Assembly (NCBI GenBank): GCA_045811665.1
Contig: JBJMTO010000197.1
Coordinates: forward strand, 6,613 to 70,612
Length of the DNA: 64,000 bases
Source of the DNA: Bradyrhizobium sp.
GTDB taxonomy: Bacteria > Pseudomonadota > Alphaproteobacteria > Rhizobiales > Xanthobacteraceae
Reading direction: 5' to 3'
Positions within the stretch are counted from its first letter, which is position 1; each line of letters opens with the position of its first letter. The notes beneath the pieces were generated by a model. That model worked only from the letters and a program-made list of their open reading frames with translations, was not told the DNA's origin and made no database searches. A program made the position numbers and the translations under genes. Shown here in pieces: positions 28,872 to 39,331 of this stretch.

Positions 28872-29690
28872 TCACAAGGCCTGCACCTGCGCCAGCACTG
28901 CCTCGGCATGGCCATCGACCTTCACGTTGCGCCAGATTTTCAGGATGCGTCCATCGGGACCGACAACCATCGTGGTACGAAGAACGCCTTGGAAGGTCTT
29001 GCCATACATCGATTTCTCGCCCCAGACGCCATACGCTTCCAGCGTCGTGTGCTGCTCATCCGACAAAAGTGGGGTCGCGAGCTGGTGTTTGTCTCGAAAA
29101 GCTTCCTGCGCCTTTGGCGGGTCCGCGGAAATACCGAGTAGCGCCGTCTGTTTTTCGGCGAAGGCGCTCGACAGCCGCGAGAAGTCGATGGCCTCCCTCG
29201 TACAGCCCGGCGTGTCGGCCCGGGGATAGAAAAACAGGACCAGCTTTTTCCCGGCATAGTCCGACAACGAGACCGTGCCGCCACCGTCGCGCGGCAGGTG
29301 GAAGGCGGGCGCTTTGCCTCCTTCGCTCACGCCGGACGGGCGGGCGGCGGGCGCGTGATTCGTTTCGGGTGGCGAGTGATTCTTTGTCGAAGTGTCCAGC
29401 AGCATTGAGGCTGCTGCCGCCTTTGGCCGTCTCGGTCGGGTAGGGCCGGCGGATTTTAACTGTTTTGAGCGAGCCTTCTGCGATGCTCTGCCGCCAGCAC
29501 TGGTGCTTTTCTGACTTGCTTTCTTGCCTGACTTGCTCGCTTTGCCCGGTCGGGTCTGTGCTGCCTGCTTCTTCGTCGCCTGCTTCTTTGTTGATCTGTC
29601 CGATTGAGCGCGAACGGTGTTCCGAGTGACTACCCCCGGGGTTTTCCTGGTGGGCTTCTTTCGGGTTTTCTTGGGGGATTTCTTGGACAT
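28872..29690 (-). CDS. bcp: BCP/PrxQ peroxiredoxin with Lys-rich N-terminal extension
   Basis: FYPRADTPGCTREA and YGVW motifs; GAAAGGAAGG RBS before MSKKSPKK. Confidence 0.88.
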   Translation of the reverse strand: MSKKSPKKTRKKPTRKTPGVVTRNTVRAQSDRSTKKQATKKQAAQTRPGKASKSGKKASQKSTSAGGRASQKARSKQLKSAGPTRPRRPKAAAASMLLDTSTKNHSPPETNHAPAARPSGVSEGGKAPAFHLPRDGGGTVSLSDYAGKKLVLFFYPRADTPGCTREAIDFSRLSSAFAEKQTALLGISADPPKAQEAFRDKHQLATPLLSDEQHTTLEAYGVWGEKSMYGKTFQGVLRTTMVVGPDGRILKIWRNVKVDGHAEAVLAQVQAL

Positions 29691-29982
29691 ACGCCTTCCT
29701 TTCGTCGCTTTCGGCGGATCAATCATAAGCTATTGCAGGCTTGTTGTGGCGGGTCGGATTCGGGCTATCGCTGGGGGGCAGGTCTGATGGGGTTGGGGTA
29801 TGCTCACAAGGGATTCGATGCACCATCCGCCGGCTGGTTGATCGCGCCGCTTGGGCCGAATGCGGAGTAGCAGTACTATCGAAGGATCGGCAACGATGCC
29901 GTCGCAGGAGCGCTCGGTACCTGTCGACCGGCAAGGTGTTCGCAGCGATCAAACCTATACTCAGCGCCAGCACCGAGAGGCA

Positions 29983-32900
29983 ATGGCAACCAATTCATCG
30001 CCCAAGGAATCCAATCCGCGTGCTGACCTCCCGCCATCCCAATGGGATGATGGCGATTGGGATCAGGACCATGACGAGGCGGCCGGTCATCGCGCGCGCC
30101 GGCTATTGTCCGGCTCGAGGTCGGGATTTCATCGGCTCGGCGATTACTTCGGAGCTTTGCGCGGATGGCTGGCGGGTGAGCGCTGGGTAAAACGTCTGGC
30201 GGTTGTGATCGCCGCGTTGATGGTGATCTTCACGATGTGCTTCGGTGGCCTTTGGTGGCGGCTGGGCGCGGGTCCGATCAACCTGGAGATGGCCACGCCG
30301 TGGTTAGCGGCGGCAATCGAGGAAAACATCGGCGACGGCAACACGGTCGAAGTCGGCGGCACGCAGATCGAGCGTGCGGGCAGGATTCGGATTGCGGTGC
30401 GGATCCGCGACATTGTCGTCAGGGATCGCGATCGTGCGATCGTGGCAAGCGCGCCCAAGGCAGAGGTCAAACTTTCGGGCGCCGCGCTGTTGATGGGGCG
30501 GCTGCGCGCTGAAAGCCTCAATCTCGTGGACGCGGAACTGGCGATTCGGATCACGCCGGACGGCTACGTCACAGTATCTACCGGCGATAACGCCCGCCCG
30601 CTTGCGACCGGCGTTGCCTCCAAAAAACAAGCTGCCGCGAACTCGGCATCGCCGGGTCCGTCGCTTGCACCAGCGCCTGTGTTCCCACCATCCGCGCCAT
30701 CGACAGCGGCGCCGGCCGCGCCGGCCAAGAGCCCGGACACCACCAATGGGCTGCTTGCCGGCCTCGATTGGCTCGACGGCTTGAGCCTCACGGGGCTGGA
30801 CGGACAGAACCTGAACGAGATCGGGCTGAAGAACGGGACCCTGCTCATCGATGATCAGCAGCGCGGCAGTAAATGGAATTTCGAAAACATCTCGTTGAGC
30901 CTGCGCCGCCCGCGCGGCGGCGGTGTCGCCCTGAGCGTTGGTGAAGAGGGCAGCCGGGCGTGGTCGCTTCGCGTCGTGGTTGGGCCGCCAGAGAACGGTG
31001 TCCGCTCGGTGGATATCCGCGCGGATAAGGTTTCCACCAGCAATATTCTGCTCGCGCTGCGGCTCAAGGACCTGACCTATGGCGCGGACCTGCCGCTCAC
31101 CGGAGAGTTGAAGGGCGAACTCGGCCGGGACGGGCTGCCGACCTATTTCCGCGGCAAGCTGACGGCAGCGGCCGGTAACATCACCGACAGCGATACGCCC
31201 GATTATCCGATGGCAATCGATTCCGCGGAAATCAATGTCGAATGGGATTCCGCACGTCGGGTGATGGTTGCGCCGTTCAAGATCGTTTCGGGCCAGAATC
31301 GGATCACATTGCTCGCGCACCTTGAGCCGCCCAACGACAGCGTTCCTGATTGGCAACTCGGCTTCAGCGGCGGCACCATCGTGCTCGCCGCAATCGACCC
31401 CGAGCAGCCGCCGCTGATTTTCAACCGCATCGCCGTGCGTGTGCGTTTCGACACGGATCGACGGCGGGTGCTGCTGACCCAGGCCGATATCAGCAACGGC
31501 GAGATCGGCATTGCCGGAACCGGGGGCGTCGACTACTCGGCCGAGCCCCGGTTGACGCTGGGGTTCGCCGGTACGCCGATGTCGGCGTCCGCGCTCAAAC
31601 GGATGTGGCCCGTGCTGATCGTGCCGGAAGTGCGCGAATGGGTGATCGAACGCATCGAACGCGGCTCCGTTCAACGCATCGAAGTTGGCGTCAACTCGCC
31701 GGTTCGCAACCTGTCGAGACGCGGACCGCCGATCCCGGATGACGGTCTTGCGGTCAATATCGTTGCGAGCGGTGTGACCTTGCACCCGGTGGACCAACTC
31801 CCGGCCGTGCGCGATGCGGACCTGAAAGCTCACGTCACTGGTCGCACGGCAACGGTAACCATCGGCCAGGCGGCGTCAGATACGCCCGCAGGGCGCAAGC
31901 TCAACATCACCGATTTCCTGTTCGAGGTGCCGGATATGGCGCCGAAGCCGTCGCCCGCCAAGGTCAGATTCCGGATCGATGGCCAGGTACCCGCGGCCGC
32001 TGAAATTCTGGCGTCCGATCGGCTGAGTGAATTTTCCGGAACATTGATCGATCCTGGTTCGAGCAAGGGAACGGTTTCGGCAGTGATCACGCTCGGGCTG
32101 CCGATCAAGCGCGAACTGACCAAGGCAGACACGACCTACACGGTCAGCGCCGAACTGGGCCAATTTGCCGCCGACAAGCTGGTGATGAATCAGAAGCTGG
32201 AAGCCAACACCCTAAAGGTCGTCGCCAACAACGCGGGATTTCAGGTGAGGGGCGACGTCAAGATAAACGGGCAGTCCGCAACGCTGGATTACCGGAAGCC
32301 GGCGGAAGGTGACGCCGACATCAAGTTGCAGGCGACGCTCGACGATAGCAGCCGCGCGAAGCTCGGACTGGATCTCGGGCCTGCGGTGAGCGGTTCTGTT
32401 CCGGTCAAAGTAACCGGCAAGATCGGAAACTCGGACAGCCGGGTCGGCATCGACGCGGATTTGACGTCCTTGAAGCTCGACAACATTCTGCCGGGCTGGG
32501 TCAAGTTGCCGGGCAAGTCCAGCCGCGCTGCCTTCAATGTGGTGCAAAAGCCGCAATCCACCCGGTTCGAAGACATCGTCATCGATGGAGCCGGAACGTT
32601 GATCAAGGGCTCGATCGAGGTGGATCAGAACGGCGAGTTGATCAGCGCCAACTTCCCGACCTATTCGCCGTCCGACGGCGACAAGACCTCGCTGAGGGCT
32701 GAACGCGGTTCAGACGGCGTGGTGAAAGTCATCATGCGGGGCGATGTCTTCGATGGCCGCGGCTTTCTCAAGTCCGCGATTTCGGGCAGGGACGCGGATG
32801 CCAAGAGCAAAACCAAGAACATCGACATCGATCTGGACTTGAAGCTCGGCGCGGTCGCCGGACATTACGGTGAAGCGTTGCGCAGCCTCGATTGCAAGTT

Positions 32901-33606
32901 GTCGCGACGCAATGGAGTGATCAGAAACTTCGCGCTTAGCGGCCGCCTGGGGCGCGATACGCCGCTGGTCGGGGATTTGCGCGGCAAAGGGCAGGGGCGC
33001 GACGTCATCTATCTCGATACCAATGACGCGGGAGCATTCTTCCGCTTCACCGACACTTACTCCAAGATGATCGGCGGTCAGCTTCAATTGGCGATGGATC
33101 CGCCGACCGTCGAACCCAGCGCAAAGGACGGGCTCATCAACGTCCGTGATTTCTCCGTCAAAGGGGAGAGTGCGCTCGATCGGGTCGCCGCCGGCGCGTC
33201 GACCGCTGCGCAAAACGGCATTTCGTTCTCTCGGCTCCGCGCGGAGTTCACGCGCCAGAACGGCCAACTCTCGATCCGGGAGGGTGTCGTGAAAGGCCCG
33301 ACCATCGGAGCCACCATCGAGGGCAGCATAGATTATCCGGGCAATCAGGTGCGCATGAGCGGCACCTTCGTTCCGATGTACGGGCTGAACAACATGTTCG
33401 GTCAAATTCCCATCGTCGGCCTCTTCCTCGGCGGCGGCAGCAATGAGGGTCTCATCGGCGTAACCTACGAGGTGGTGGGTACGCCCGGCCAACCGGTGCT
33501 CCGCGTCAATCCGATTTCGGCGATGGCGCCAGGAGTGCTCAGGAAGATCTTCGAATTCGGGACTGGCAAGCAAAACACTCCGGCCGAATTTCCACCGAAC
33601 AATTGA
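29983..33606 (+). CDS. AsmA-like/YhdP-family envelope-spanning protein
   Basis: About 1200 aa, single N-terminal TM, beta-rich body, C-terminal VNPISAMAPGVLRKIF; start uncertain. Confidence 0.8.
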   Translation: MATNSSPKESNPRADLPPSQWDDGDWDQDHDEAAGHRARRLLSGSRSGFHRLGDYFGALRGWLAGERWVKRLAVVIAALMVIFTMCFGGLWWRLGAGPINLEMATPWLAAAIEENIGDGNTVEVGGTQIERAGRIRIAVRIRDIVVRDRDRAIVASAPKAEVKLSGAALLMGRLRAESLNLVDAELAIRITPDGYVTVSTGDNARPLATGVASKKQAAANSASPGPSLAPAPVFPPSAPSTAAPAAPAKSPDTTNGLLAGLDWLDGLSLTGLDGQNLNEIGLKNGTLLIDDQQRGSKWNFENISLSLRRPRGGGVALSVGEEGSRAWSLRVVVGPPENGVRSVDIRADKVSTSNILLALRLKDLTYGADLPLTGELKGELGRDGLPTYFRGKLTAAAGNITDSDTPDYPMAIDSAEINVEWDSARRVMVAPFKIVSGQNRITLLAHLEPPNDSVPDWQLGFSGGTIVLAAIDPEQPPLIFNRIAVRVRFDTDRRRVLLTQADISNGEIGIAGTGGVDYSAEPRLTLGFAGTPMSASALKRMWPVLIVPEVREWVIERIERGSVQRIEVGVNSPVRNLSRRGPPIPDDGLAVNIVASGVTLHPVDQLPAVRDADLKAHVTGRTATVTIGQAASDTPAGRKLNITDFLFEVPDMAPKPSPAKVRFRIDGQVPAAAEILASDRLSEFSGTLIDPGSSKGTVSAVITLGLPIKRELTKADTTYTVSAELGQFAADKLVMNQKLEANTLKVVANNAGFQVRGDVKINGQSATLDYRKPAEGDADIKLQATLDDSSRAKLGLDLGPAVSGSVPVKVTGKIGNSDSRVGIDADLTSLKLDNILPGWVKLPGKSSRAAFNVVQKPQSTRFEDIVIDGAGTLIKGSIEVDQNGELISANFPTYSPSDGDKTSLRAERGSDGVVKVIMRGDVFDGRGFLKSAISGRDADAKSKTKNIDIDLDLKLGAVAGHYGEALRSLDCKLSRRNGVIRNFALSGRLGRDTPLVGDLRGKGQGRDVIYLDTNDAGAFFRFTDTYSKMIGGQLQLAMDPPTVEPSAKDGLINVRDFSVKGESALDRVAAGASTAAQNGISFSRLRAEFTRQNGQLSIREGVVKGPTIGATIEGSIDYPGNQVRMSGTFVPMYGLNNMFGQIPIVGLFLGGGSNEGLIGVTYEVVGTPGQPVLRVNPISAMAPGVLRKIFEFGTGKQNTPAEFPPNN

Positions 33607-33739
33607 TCCCGCCATTTTGACGCGCGGCACGCGGCGTCAGTTCGCCCATTCGACAGCATCCGCAAACTCCAAGCTGACTTTGCTTTTGATCGGTAGCCGA
33701 CTCACGCATGTCGGACCGCCCGTCACGGCCACGAACAAG

Positions 33740-33764
33740 GGAACTTTCCTTTCCCGGTACGATT
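33740..33764 (+). promoter_or_regulatory. Putative sigma-EcfG-type promoter
   Basis: GGAAC-N16-GATT (GGAAC-N18-TT), 29 nt upstream of the microprotein ATG. Confidence 0.55.
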
Positions 33765-33793
33765 ATCTGGGCAGGGCGGAATAGGAGGCTGAT

Positions 33794-33868
33794 ATGAACG
33801 GATTGATTTATCTAGTGGGCCTTATCGTGGTGATCCTGGCGGTGCTTTCGTTCTTCGGTCTGCGATAA
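33794..33868 (+). CDS. 24-aa single-TM microprotein MNGLIYLVGLIVVILAVLSFFGLR
   Basis: Not in the ORF track; AGGAGG RBS 5 nt upstream; entirely hydrophobic helix. Confidence 0.8.
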   Translation: MNGLIYLVGLIVVILAVLSFFGLR

Positions 33869-33880
33869 AGGGCTGACACC

Positions 33881-34729
33881 ATGACAATGGAAGCCGCGAC
33901 GCGTGCCGATGCGGAAAACCGGTATTTGCAGTGGACACCTGTGTTTGCCGGTGCAATCGGCGGCGCAGCTCTCTCTTTCATCTTTCTGACGTTCGCCATC
34001 GCTGTTGGCCTGGGTGTGAGCTCCGCCTCGCCCACGTGGCGAGATGCTTCAGCCGCGCTCGCAATTCTTTCAGGCATTTATCTGATCCTTCAGGCGATCA
34101 TAAGCTTTGGATTTGGCGGTTACATTGCCGGACGGACAAGAAGGCCCGAAGGTGCGCACGCCACCGAAGAAGTTGAAAACCGCGATGGATTTCACGGTCT
34201 GGCGTCCTGGGCCTTGGCGGTCCTGTTGGGCGCCGCGTTGGCGGCGATCATCGGCGCTGCGACCCTCACTCGTTCGTCGCCGAGCTCCGCAAACGCGAGC
34301 GCCGCTGAGCCGCTCTTGAGTTACGAACTCGACCGCCTGTTCCGGTCCGCGCGACGACCGGCCAATGTCGATCTCAGTGCGGAGCGCGCTGAGGCTGGGC
34401 GCATTCTGCTGACATCATCGAGCCATAGCGGCGTCAGCAATGAGGATAGGACTCATCTTGTTCAACAGGTCGCGGCTACCTCGGGGGTTTCCCCGGCCGA
34501 CTCCGAGCGGAGGGTCGACAGCGTGATCGCAAGTTCGAAGGCCGCAATCGCGCGATCGCGTCGTAGCACCATCATCATGGCTTTCTCGTTGGCCGCCGCC
34601 ACATTGCTCGGAGCTGTCGCCGCTTGGGCCGGAGCCGCCGCCGGTGGCAGGCATCGTGACGGCGCGCCACTGCCTGAATGGATGACGCACGCAAATCGAC
34701 TCGAACAAAGGAGGATCGTGCCGCGATAG
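33881..34729 (+). CDS. Hypothetical multi-pass membrane protein
   Basis: About four hydrophobic segments; GFGGYIAGR and RDGFHGLASWA motifs; 12 nt after the microprotein stop. Confidence 0.8.
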   Translation: MTMEAATRADAENRYLQWTPVFAGAIGGAALSFIFLTFAIAVGLGVSSASPTWRDASAALAILSGIYLILQAIISFGFGGYIAGRTRRPEGAHATEEVENRDGFHGLASWALAVLLGAALAAIIGAATLTRSSPSSANASAAEPLLSYELDRLFRSARRPANVDLSAERAEAGRILLTSSSHSGVSNEDRTHLVQQVAATSGVSPADSERRVDSVIASSKAAIARSRRSTIIMAFSLAAATLLGAVAAWAGAAAGGRHRDGAPLPEWMTHANRLEQRRIVPR

Positions 34730-34742
34730 ATGAACCGGCCGG

Positions 34743-35987
34743 TTAGCGCCGCAACGCCGGCACGACCAAAAACGGAATCATCCCGAGCAGCACGCTCACG
34801 AGCGAAAACGCAATCAACGGATTGTAGCTGTGAGCCCAATCGTGGATCAGGCCTCCGCCCCAGGAGCCGATCGCCGAACCTAGTCCGCTACCGATTGTGA
34901 TGGCGCCGTAAATGGTCCCGACCCGCTCGCCGCGGAATATCTTCATGGCGGTCGCCGTCAAAAGAGGACCGCGTGAGCCGATCATGCTGCCGAAACAAAC
35001 GACGAAGCCGCTCAGCAGCCAGAAGTTCGGGTACCACTGCAACAGCCAGAGCATGACGATGCCGAGGATCGAAACAGCGTAGCTGAGCAGCACCGATGGC
35101 CGCCGGCCGATGATCCCATCGAGCCAGCTGACGCCCAGCATCCCGAATAGCAGCACGATGCCACTGAAACCCCAGGCGGTGGCGGCCTGCAATGGCTTGA
35201 AGCCTGCATCTATCAGGTACGCAACGACCTGCGGCGCGATCGCATACATCCCTATGGCGGTGAAGAAGAATGTCGAAAACAACGCCCAGAAAGCGTGGTG
35301 CCGCATCGCCCGCAGCAATGTCCAGCCTTCGCCCGCGACATCGCTGACGTCGCTTGTTGTCAGGTTGGGCGAACCACCCGAGAACAAGCGCCACGGCAGG
35401 ATCAATAGCGGCAGCAACAGCAACAGCGCCACCGCGCCGAAGATCTGGTAGGCCTCGCGCCAGCCGATGTGATCGATGAGGAGCTGCGAGGCCGGAAGCA
35501 GGATCAGCACGCCGGCACCGGTGGCGGAGTAAACGACAGCCATTGCGGTCGGCAGTCGCGGGCCGAACCAGCGGCCGAGCAGTATGGAATTGGGGACATT
35601 GCCGATGAAGGCGATGCCGATGCCGACGCAGATCCCCACGCTCAACTGGAATTGCCAAAGCTGTTGCGCGTGGCCGGCGATCAGGAACGCGCCGCCGAGC
35701 AGCAACAGCCCGATCGAATAAACCGTTCGAGGTCCCGATCGGTCGAACATCCGGCCGATCAGCGGCGCGGCGATCGCGCCGGAGAGCGCGGTCAGCGAAT
35801 AAACTGAGACCACCTGCGCGCGGTCCCAGCCAAAACTCTCCGAAATCGGCTTCAGGAATACGGTGAAGCTTTCGCCAAGTCCGCGCCCGATCACCGATAG
35901 CATGAAACATAGCGCGAGCACGTTGAGCGCAACCCGCGTCGGCTTCACCGCGCCGGGCACGTCCTTTTCTCGCGAGTTTCCTTCCAT
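34743..35987 (-). CDS. MFS transporter
   Basis: About 12 TM segments; GRMFDRSGPR and DGIIGRR loop motifs. Confidence 0.9.
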   Translation of the reverse strand: MEGNSREKDVPGAVKPTRVALNVLALCFMLSVIGRGLGESFTVFLKPISESFGWDRAQVVSVYSLTALSGAIAAPLIGRMFDRSGPRTVYSIGLLLLGGAFLIAGHAQQLWQFQLSVGICVGIGIAFIGNVPNSILLGRWFGPRLPTAMAVVYSATGAGVLILLPASQLLIDHIGWREAYQIFGAVALLLLLPLLILPWRLFSGGSPNLTTSDVSDVAGEGWTLLRAMRHHAFWALFSTFFFTAIGMYAIAPQVVAYLIDAGFKPLQAATAWGFSGIVLLFGMLGVSWLDGIIGRRPSVLLSYAVSILGIVMLWLLQWYPNFWLLSGFVVCFGSMIGSRGPLLTATAMKIFRGERVGTIYGAITIGSGLGSAIGSWGGGLIHDWAHSYNPLIAFSLVSVLLGMIPFLVVPALRR

Positions 35988-36041
35988 GGCAGAAAGGAGC
36001 GCGCTTTCGTGCCCCGGAGCAAGGGTGGAAACCGAATGCGC

Positions 36042-37295
36042 CTATGCAGGCCTGAGCAGGACGTGGCGCTTTTTGCCGACAGACAACTTGATGACGCCCT
36101 CGGGCGTGAGATCTGCCGGCTTCAGGATCATCTTGTCGTCGCTAGCCGGGATGTCGTTGACACGGAGTCCGCCGCCGCTGATCTGACGGCGAGCTTCGCC
36201 ATTCGAGGCTACAAGGCCGGCCTTGACGAACGCCGTCAGCACGCCGAGCCCTGCCTCGAGTTCGGCACGGCCGATTTCTACGTGTGGAAGATTCTGCGCG
36301 ATGGCGCCTTCCTCAAAGGTTTGCCGCGCGGTTTCGGCCGCGAGCCGGGCGGCCTCAGGGCCATGCAGGAGTGTGGTCGCGGCGTCGGCAAGCGCTTTCT
36401 TGGCCTCGTTGATCTCGGCCCCTTGCAGCCTTGCCAGGCGCTCGATCTCGTCCAGCGGCAGCGTCGTGAACAGCTTGAGAAAACGCTCGACATCGGTGTC
36501 GTCGGTATTGCGCCAGAACTGCCAGTATTCGTACGGGCTCTTCATGTCCGGGTTGAGCCAGACCGCGCCGCTTGCGGTCTTGCCCATCTTCTCGCCTGAC
36601 GAAGTGGTGATCAGCGGTGTCGTCAGCGCGTGCAACTGCGGCCTGCCCATGCGCCGGCCCAGGTCGATGCCGTTGACGATATTACCCCACTGGTCCGAAC
36701 CGCCCATCTGCAGCCGGCAGTCGTAGCGCTGATTCAGCACCACGTAGTCGTAGGCTTGCAGGATCATGTAGTTGAATTCGATGAAGCTCATCTCCTGGTC
36801 GCGCTCTAGCCTGAGCTTGACGGAATCCATCGCCAGCATGCGATTGACCGAGAAATGCCGGCCGATGTCGCGCAGCATCTCGATCCAGTTCAGCTTGGTC
36901 AGCCACTCGGCGTTGTCAGGCATGATCGCATCATGCTTTCCATCGCCAAAGCGCAGGAAACGCGAGAACACCTGCTTGATGCCCTCCTTATTGTGCTCGA
37001 TGTCCTCGATGGACAGGATCTTGCGGCTCTCATCCTTGCCGGAAGGGTCGCCGACGCGCGTGGTTCCGCCGCCCATCAGGGCGATCGGTTTGTTGCCGGT
37101 CTGCTGCAACCAATAGAGGCACATGATCTGCACCATCGAGCCGACATGCAGGGAAGGCGCGGTGCAGTCGAAGCCGATATAGCCGACGAGCTCTCGTTTC
37201 GTCGCGAGCGCATCGAGCGACTCCGGGTCCGAAATCTGATGAATAAACCCGCGGCTTTGCAGCACATTGAGAAAATCAGATTTAAAGGCAGTCAT
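36042..37295 (-). CDS. tyrS: Tyrosine--tRNA ligase
   Basis: [21 protein letters not shown] and KMGKT motifs; S4-like C-terminus. Confidence 0.97.
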   Translation of the reverse strand: MTAFKSDFLNVLQSRGFIHQISDPESLDALATKRELVGYIGFDCTAPSLHVGSMVQIMCLYWLQQTGNKPIALMGGGTTRVGDPSGKDESRKILSIEDIEHNKEGIKQVFSRFLRFGDGKHDAIMPDNAEWLTKLNWIEMLRDIGRHFSVNRMLAMDSVKLRLERDQEMSFIEFNYMILQAYDYVVLNQRYDCRLQMGGSDQWGNIVNGIDLGRRMGRPQLHALTTPLITTSSGEKMGKTASGAVWLNPDMKSPYEYWQFWRNTDDTDVERFLKLFTTLPLDEIERLARLQGAEINEAKKALADAATTLLHGPEAARLAAETARQTFEEGAIAQNLPHVEIGRAELEAGLGVLTAFVKAGLVASNGEARRQISGGGLRVNDIPASDDKMILKPADLTPEGVIKLSVGKKRHVLLRPA

Positions 37296-37450
37296 TTGGG
37301 GGCGACTCTGATTATACAAATATCACGGTATTTTCGCTGATTGCGGAACCCCCGACGGAAGAGGCTGCCGGGATGCGGCGCGTTGTGGCATTATAAGAAG
37401 TGCTAGTTCGACACAAGCTGGTCGTCGAGGGCAGGAAGCCTGCGGACAAT

Positions 37451-38560
37451 ATGACGATGATGATGACGGCGATAGGCTTGATGAGCGGGACGTCGCTCGA
37501 CGGTGTTGACGTCGCGTTGATCGAAACTGACGGCAAGCGCGTCAAGGCGTTCGGACCCTCCGGGTACAGGCCTTATACCGATCAAGAGCGCGGTCTCCTG
37601 CGCCAGGCCTTGACTGAAGCCGTCAACCTGCCGCAGCGCGATGCCCGTCCCGGCATCCTGCGCGAGGCGGAGCGCGCCGTCACCATTGCCCACGCGGAGG
37701 CGGTCGCCGCATTTACCTCGCAAAACCACATCTCACGCGATGGCGTCGATATCGTCGGTTTTCACGGCCAGACGGTGCTGCACCGACCCGAGCAGCGCAT
37801 GACCGTTCAGATTGGCGACGCCACCGCGCTCGCCAAGGCCATCCATATTCCCGTCATGCACGATTTCCGCGCGGCCGATGTCGCCGCCGGCGGGCAGGGC
37901 GCCCCTTTTGTGCCGGTGTATCACCGGGCGCTGGCCCAGTCGCTGGATCGCGACGGGCCGATGGTGGTCGTCAACATCGGTGGCGTCTCCAACATCACCT
38001 ACATCGATGGGCCGGACGTCCTGATTGCCTGCGATACCGGCCCCGGCAATGCGCTGCTCGACGACTTCATGTTTCGGACCATGGCTCAGCCGTTCGATTG
38101 TGAGGGCCGCACGGCCTCTCAAGGCGTCGTGGACGTGGCATGGATCATTCGTGCCATGCAGCATCCGTTTTTCGCGCTGCCCCCGCCCAAATCGCTCGAC
38201 CGTAATCATTTTGCGTCCCTTGCTCTGCCCGCAGGATCTCCCGCCGATGTTGCGGCGACCCTGACCGCCTTCACCGTCGAGGCGATCGCAGGAATCGTTT
38301 CGTTGCTGCCGAAGGAGCCGAAGAGCTGGATCGTGACGGGCGGCGGCGCCCGCAACTTGACGATGCTGCGCATGTTGCGGGAGAGGCTTGTGCCTTCGAC
38401 AGTGGAGGCGGCCGACGCGCTGGGTTGGGCGGGCGACGCCATTGAGGCGCAGGCGTTCGGCTTTCTCGCAGCCCGCGGTCTGAGGGGCTTGCCGCTGAGC
38501 TACCCCGCCACCACCGGTGTCCCGATTCCGATGACGGGCGGGGTTGTTGCCCACCCTTGA
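37451..38560 (+). CDS. anmK: Anhydro-N-acetylmuramic acid kinase
   Basis: GLMSGTSLDGVD, GFHGQT, GGQGAP, NIGG and DTGPGN motifs. Confidence 0.95.
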   Translation: MTMMMTAIGLMSGTSLDGVDVALIETDGKRVKAFGPSGYRPYTDQERGLLRQALTEAVNLPQRDARPGILREAERAVTIAHAEAVAAFTSQNHISRDGVDIVGFHGQTVLHRPEQRMTVQIGDATALAKAIHIPVMHDFRAADVAAGGQGAPFVPVYHRALAQSLDRDGPMVVVNIGGVSNITYIDGPDVLIACDTGPGNALLDDFMFRTMAQPFDCEGRTASQGVVDVAWIIRAMQHPFFALPPPKSLDRNHFASLALPAGSPADVAATLTAFTVEAIAGIVSLLPKEPKSWIVTGGGARNLTMLRMLRERLVPSTVEAADALGWAGDAIEAQAFGFLAARGLRGLPLSYPATTGVPIPMTGGVVAHP

Positions 38561-38577
38561 ATGACGACGGCAGCCGC

Positions 38578-38625
38578 TTGACAATTCATGCATTTGCATG
38601 CAATTTTATATGCAGATGCATGAAT
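38578..38625 (+). promoter_or_regulatory. GST promoter with tandem palindromic operators
   Basis: TTGACA at 38578-38583; ATGCA-N2-TGCAT at 38588-38599 and 38610-38621. Confidence 0.65.
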
Positions 38626-38637
38626 CGTGAGATTCCA

Positions 38638-39312
38638 ATGGCCGCTCCCCTGAAACTGATCAGCCACAAGCTTTGCCCCTATGTGCAACGAGCAGTGATC
38701 GCGCTCACGGAAAAGGGTGTCGCGTTCGAGCGGATCGATATCGATCTTGCGAACAAGCCGGACTGGTTCCTGGCGGTTTCTCCGCTTGGAAAGACGCCGG
38801 TGCTGCAGGTCGGTGAGGCCGCCATTTTCGAGTCCGCTGTCATTCTCGAATACCTGGAGGAAACCGAGCCGAAGCCGCTGCATCCGGCCGATCCCCTGGG
38901 CCGCGCTACCCACCGTGGCTGGATCGATTTCGGTTCCGTTATCCTCAACGATATCGCGGGTTTCTACTCGGCGCCCGATCAACAGGCGTTCGAACTGAAG
39001 ACGTCGCAGCTTGCGGGGCGGTTTGCGCAACTGGAGGCACGCGTTGCAGCTGCGCCATGGTTCGCCGGAGAAAACTTTTCGCTGGTCGATGCGGTGTACG
39101 GTCCGGTGTTCCGCTATTTCGACGTGTTCGACCAGATCGCGGATTTCGGAATTCTGACCGGCAAGCCGAAGCTGGCTCGTTGGCGCAAGTCGCTCGCGGC
39201 CCGGCCATCGGTGCGTGGCGCCGTCGGTGCCGATTATCCGGCGCTGCTCCGCGATTTCCTCGACCGCCGGAATTCACGGATATCACGGCTTCAGGCGCAC
39301 GCCGCCGCGTGA
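38638..39312 (+). CDS. Glutathione S-transferase family protein
   Basis: CPYVQR, PLGKTP and FESAVILEYL motifs; start at 38638 or 38620. Confidence 0.92.
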   Translation: MAAPLKLISHKLCPYVQRAVIALTEKGVAFERIDIDLANKPDWFLAVSPLGKTPVLQVGEAAIFESAVILEYLEETEPKPLHPADPLGRATHRGWIDFGSVILNDIAGFYSAPDQQAFELKTSQLAGRFAQLEARVAAAPWFAGENFSLVDAVYGPVFRYFDVFDQIADFGILTGKPKLARWRKSLAARPSVRGAVGADYPALLRDFLDRRNSRISRLQAHAAA

Positions 39313-39331
39313 TTGTCGTCGTCCGCGTGGC

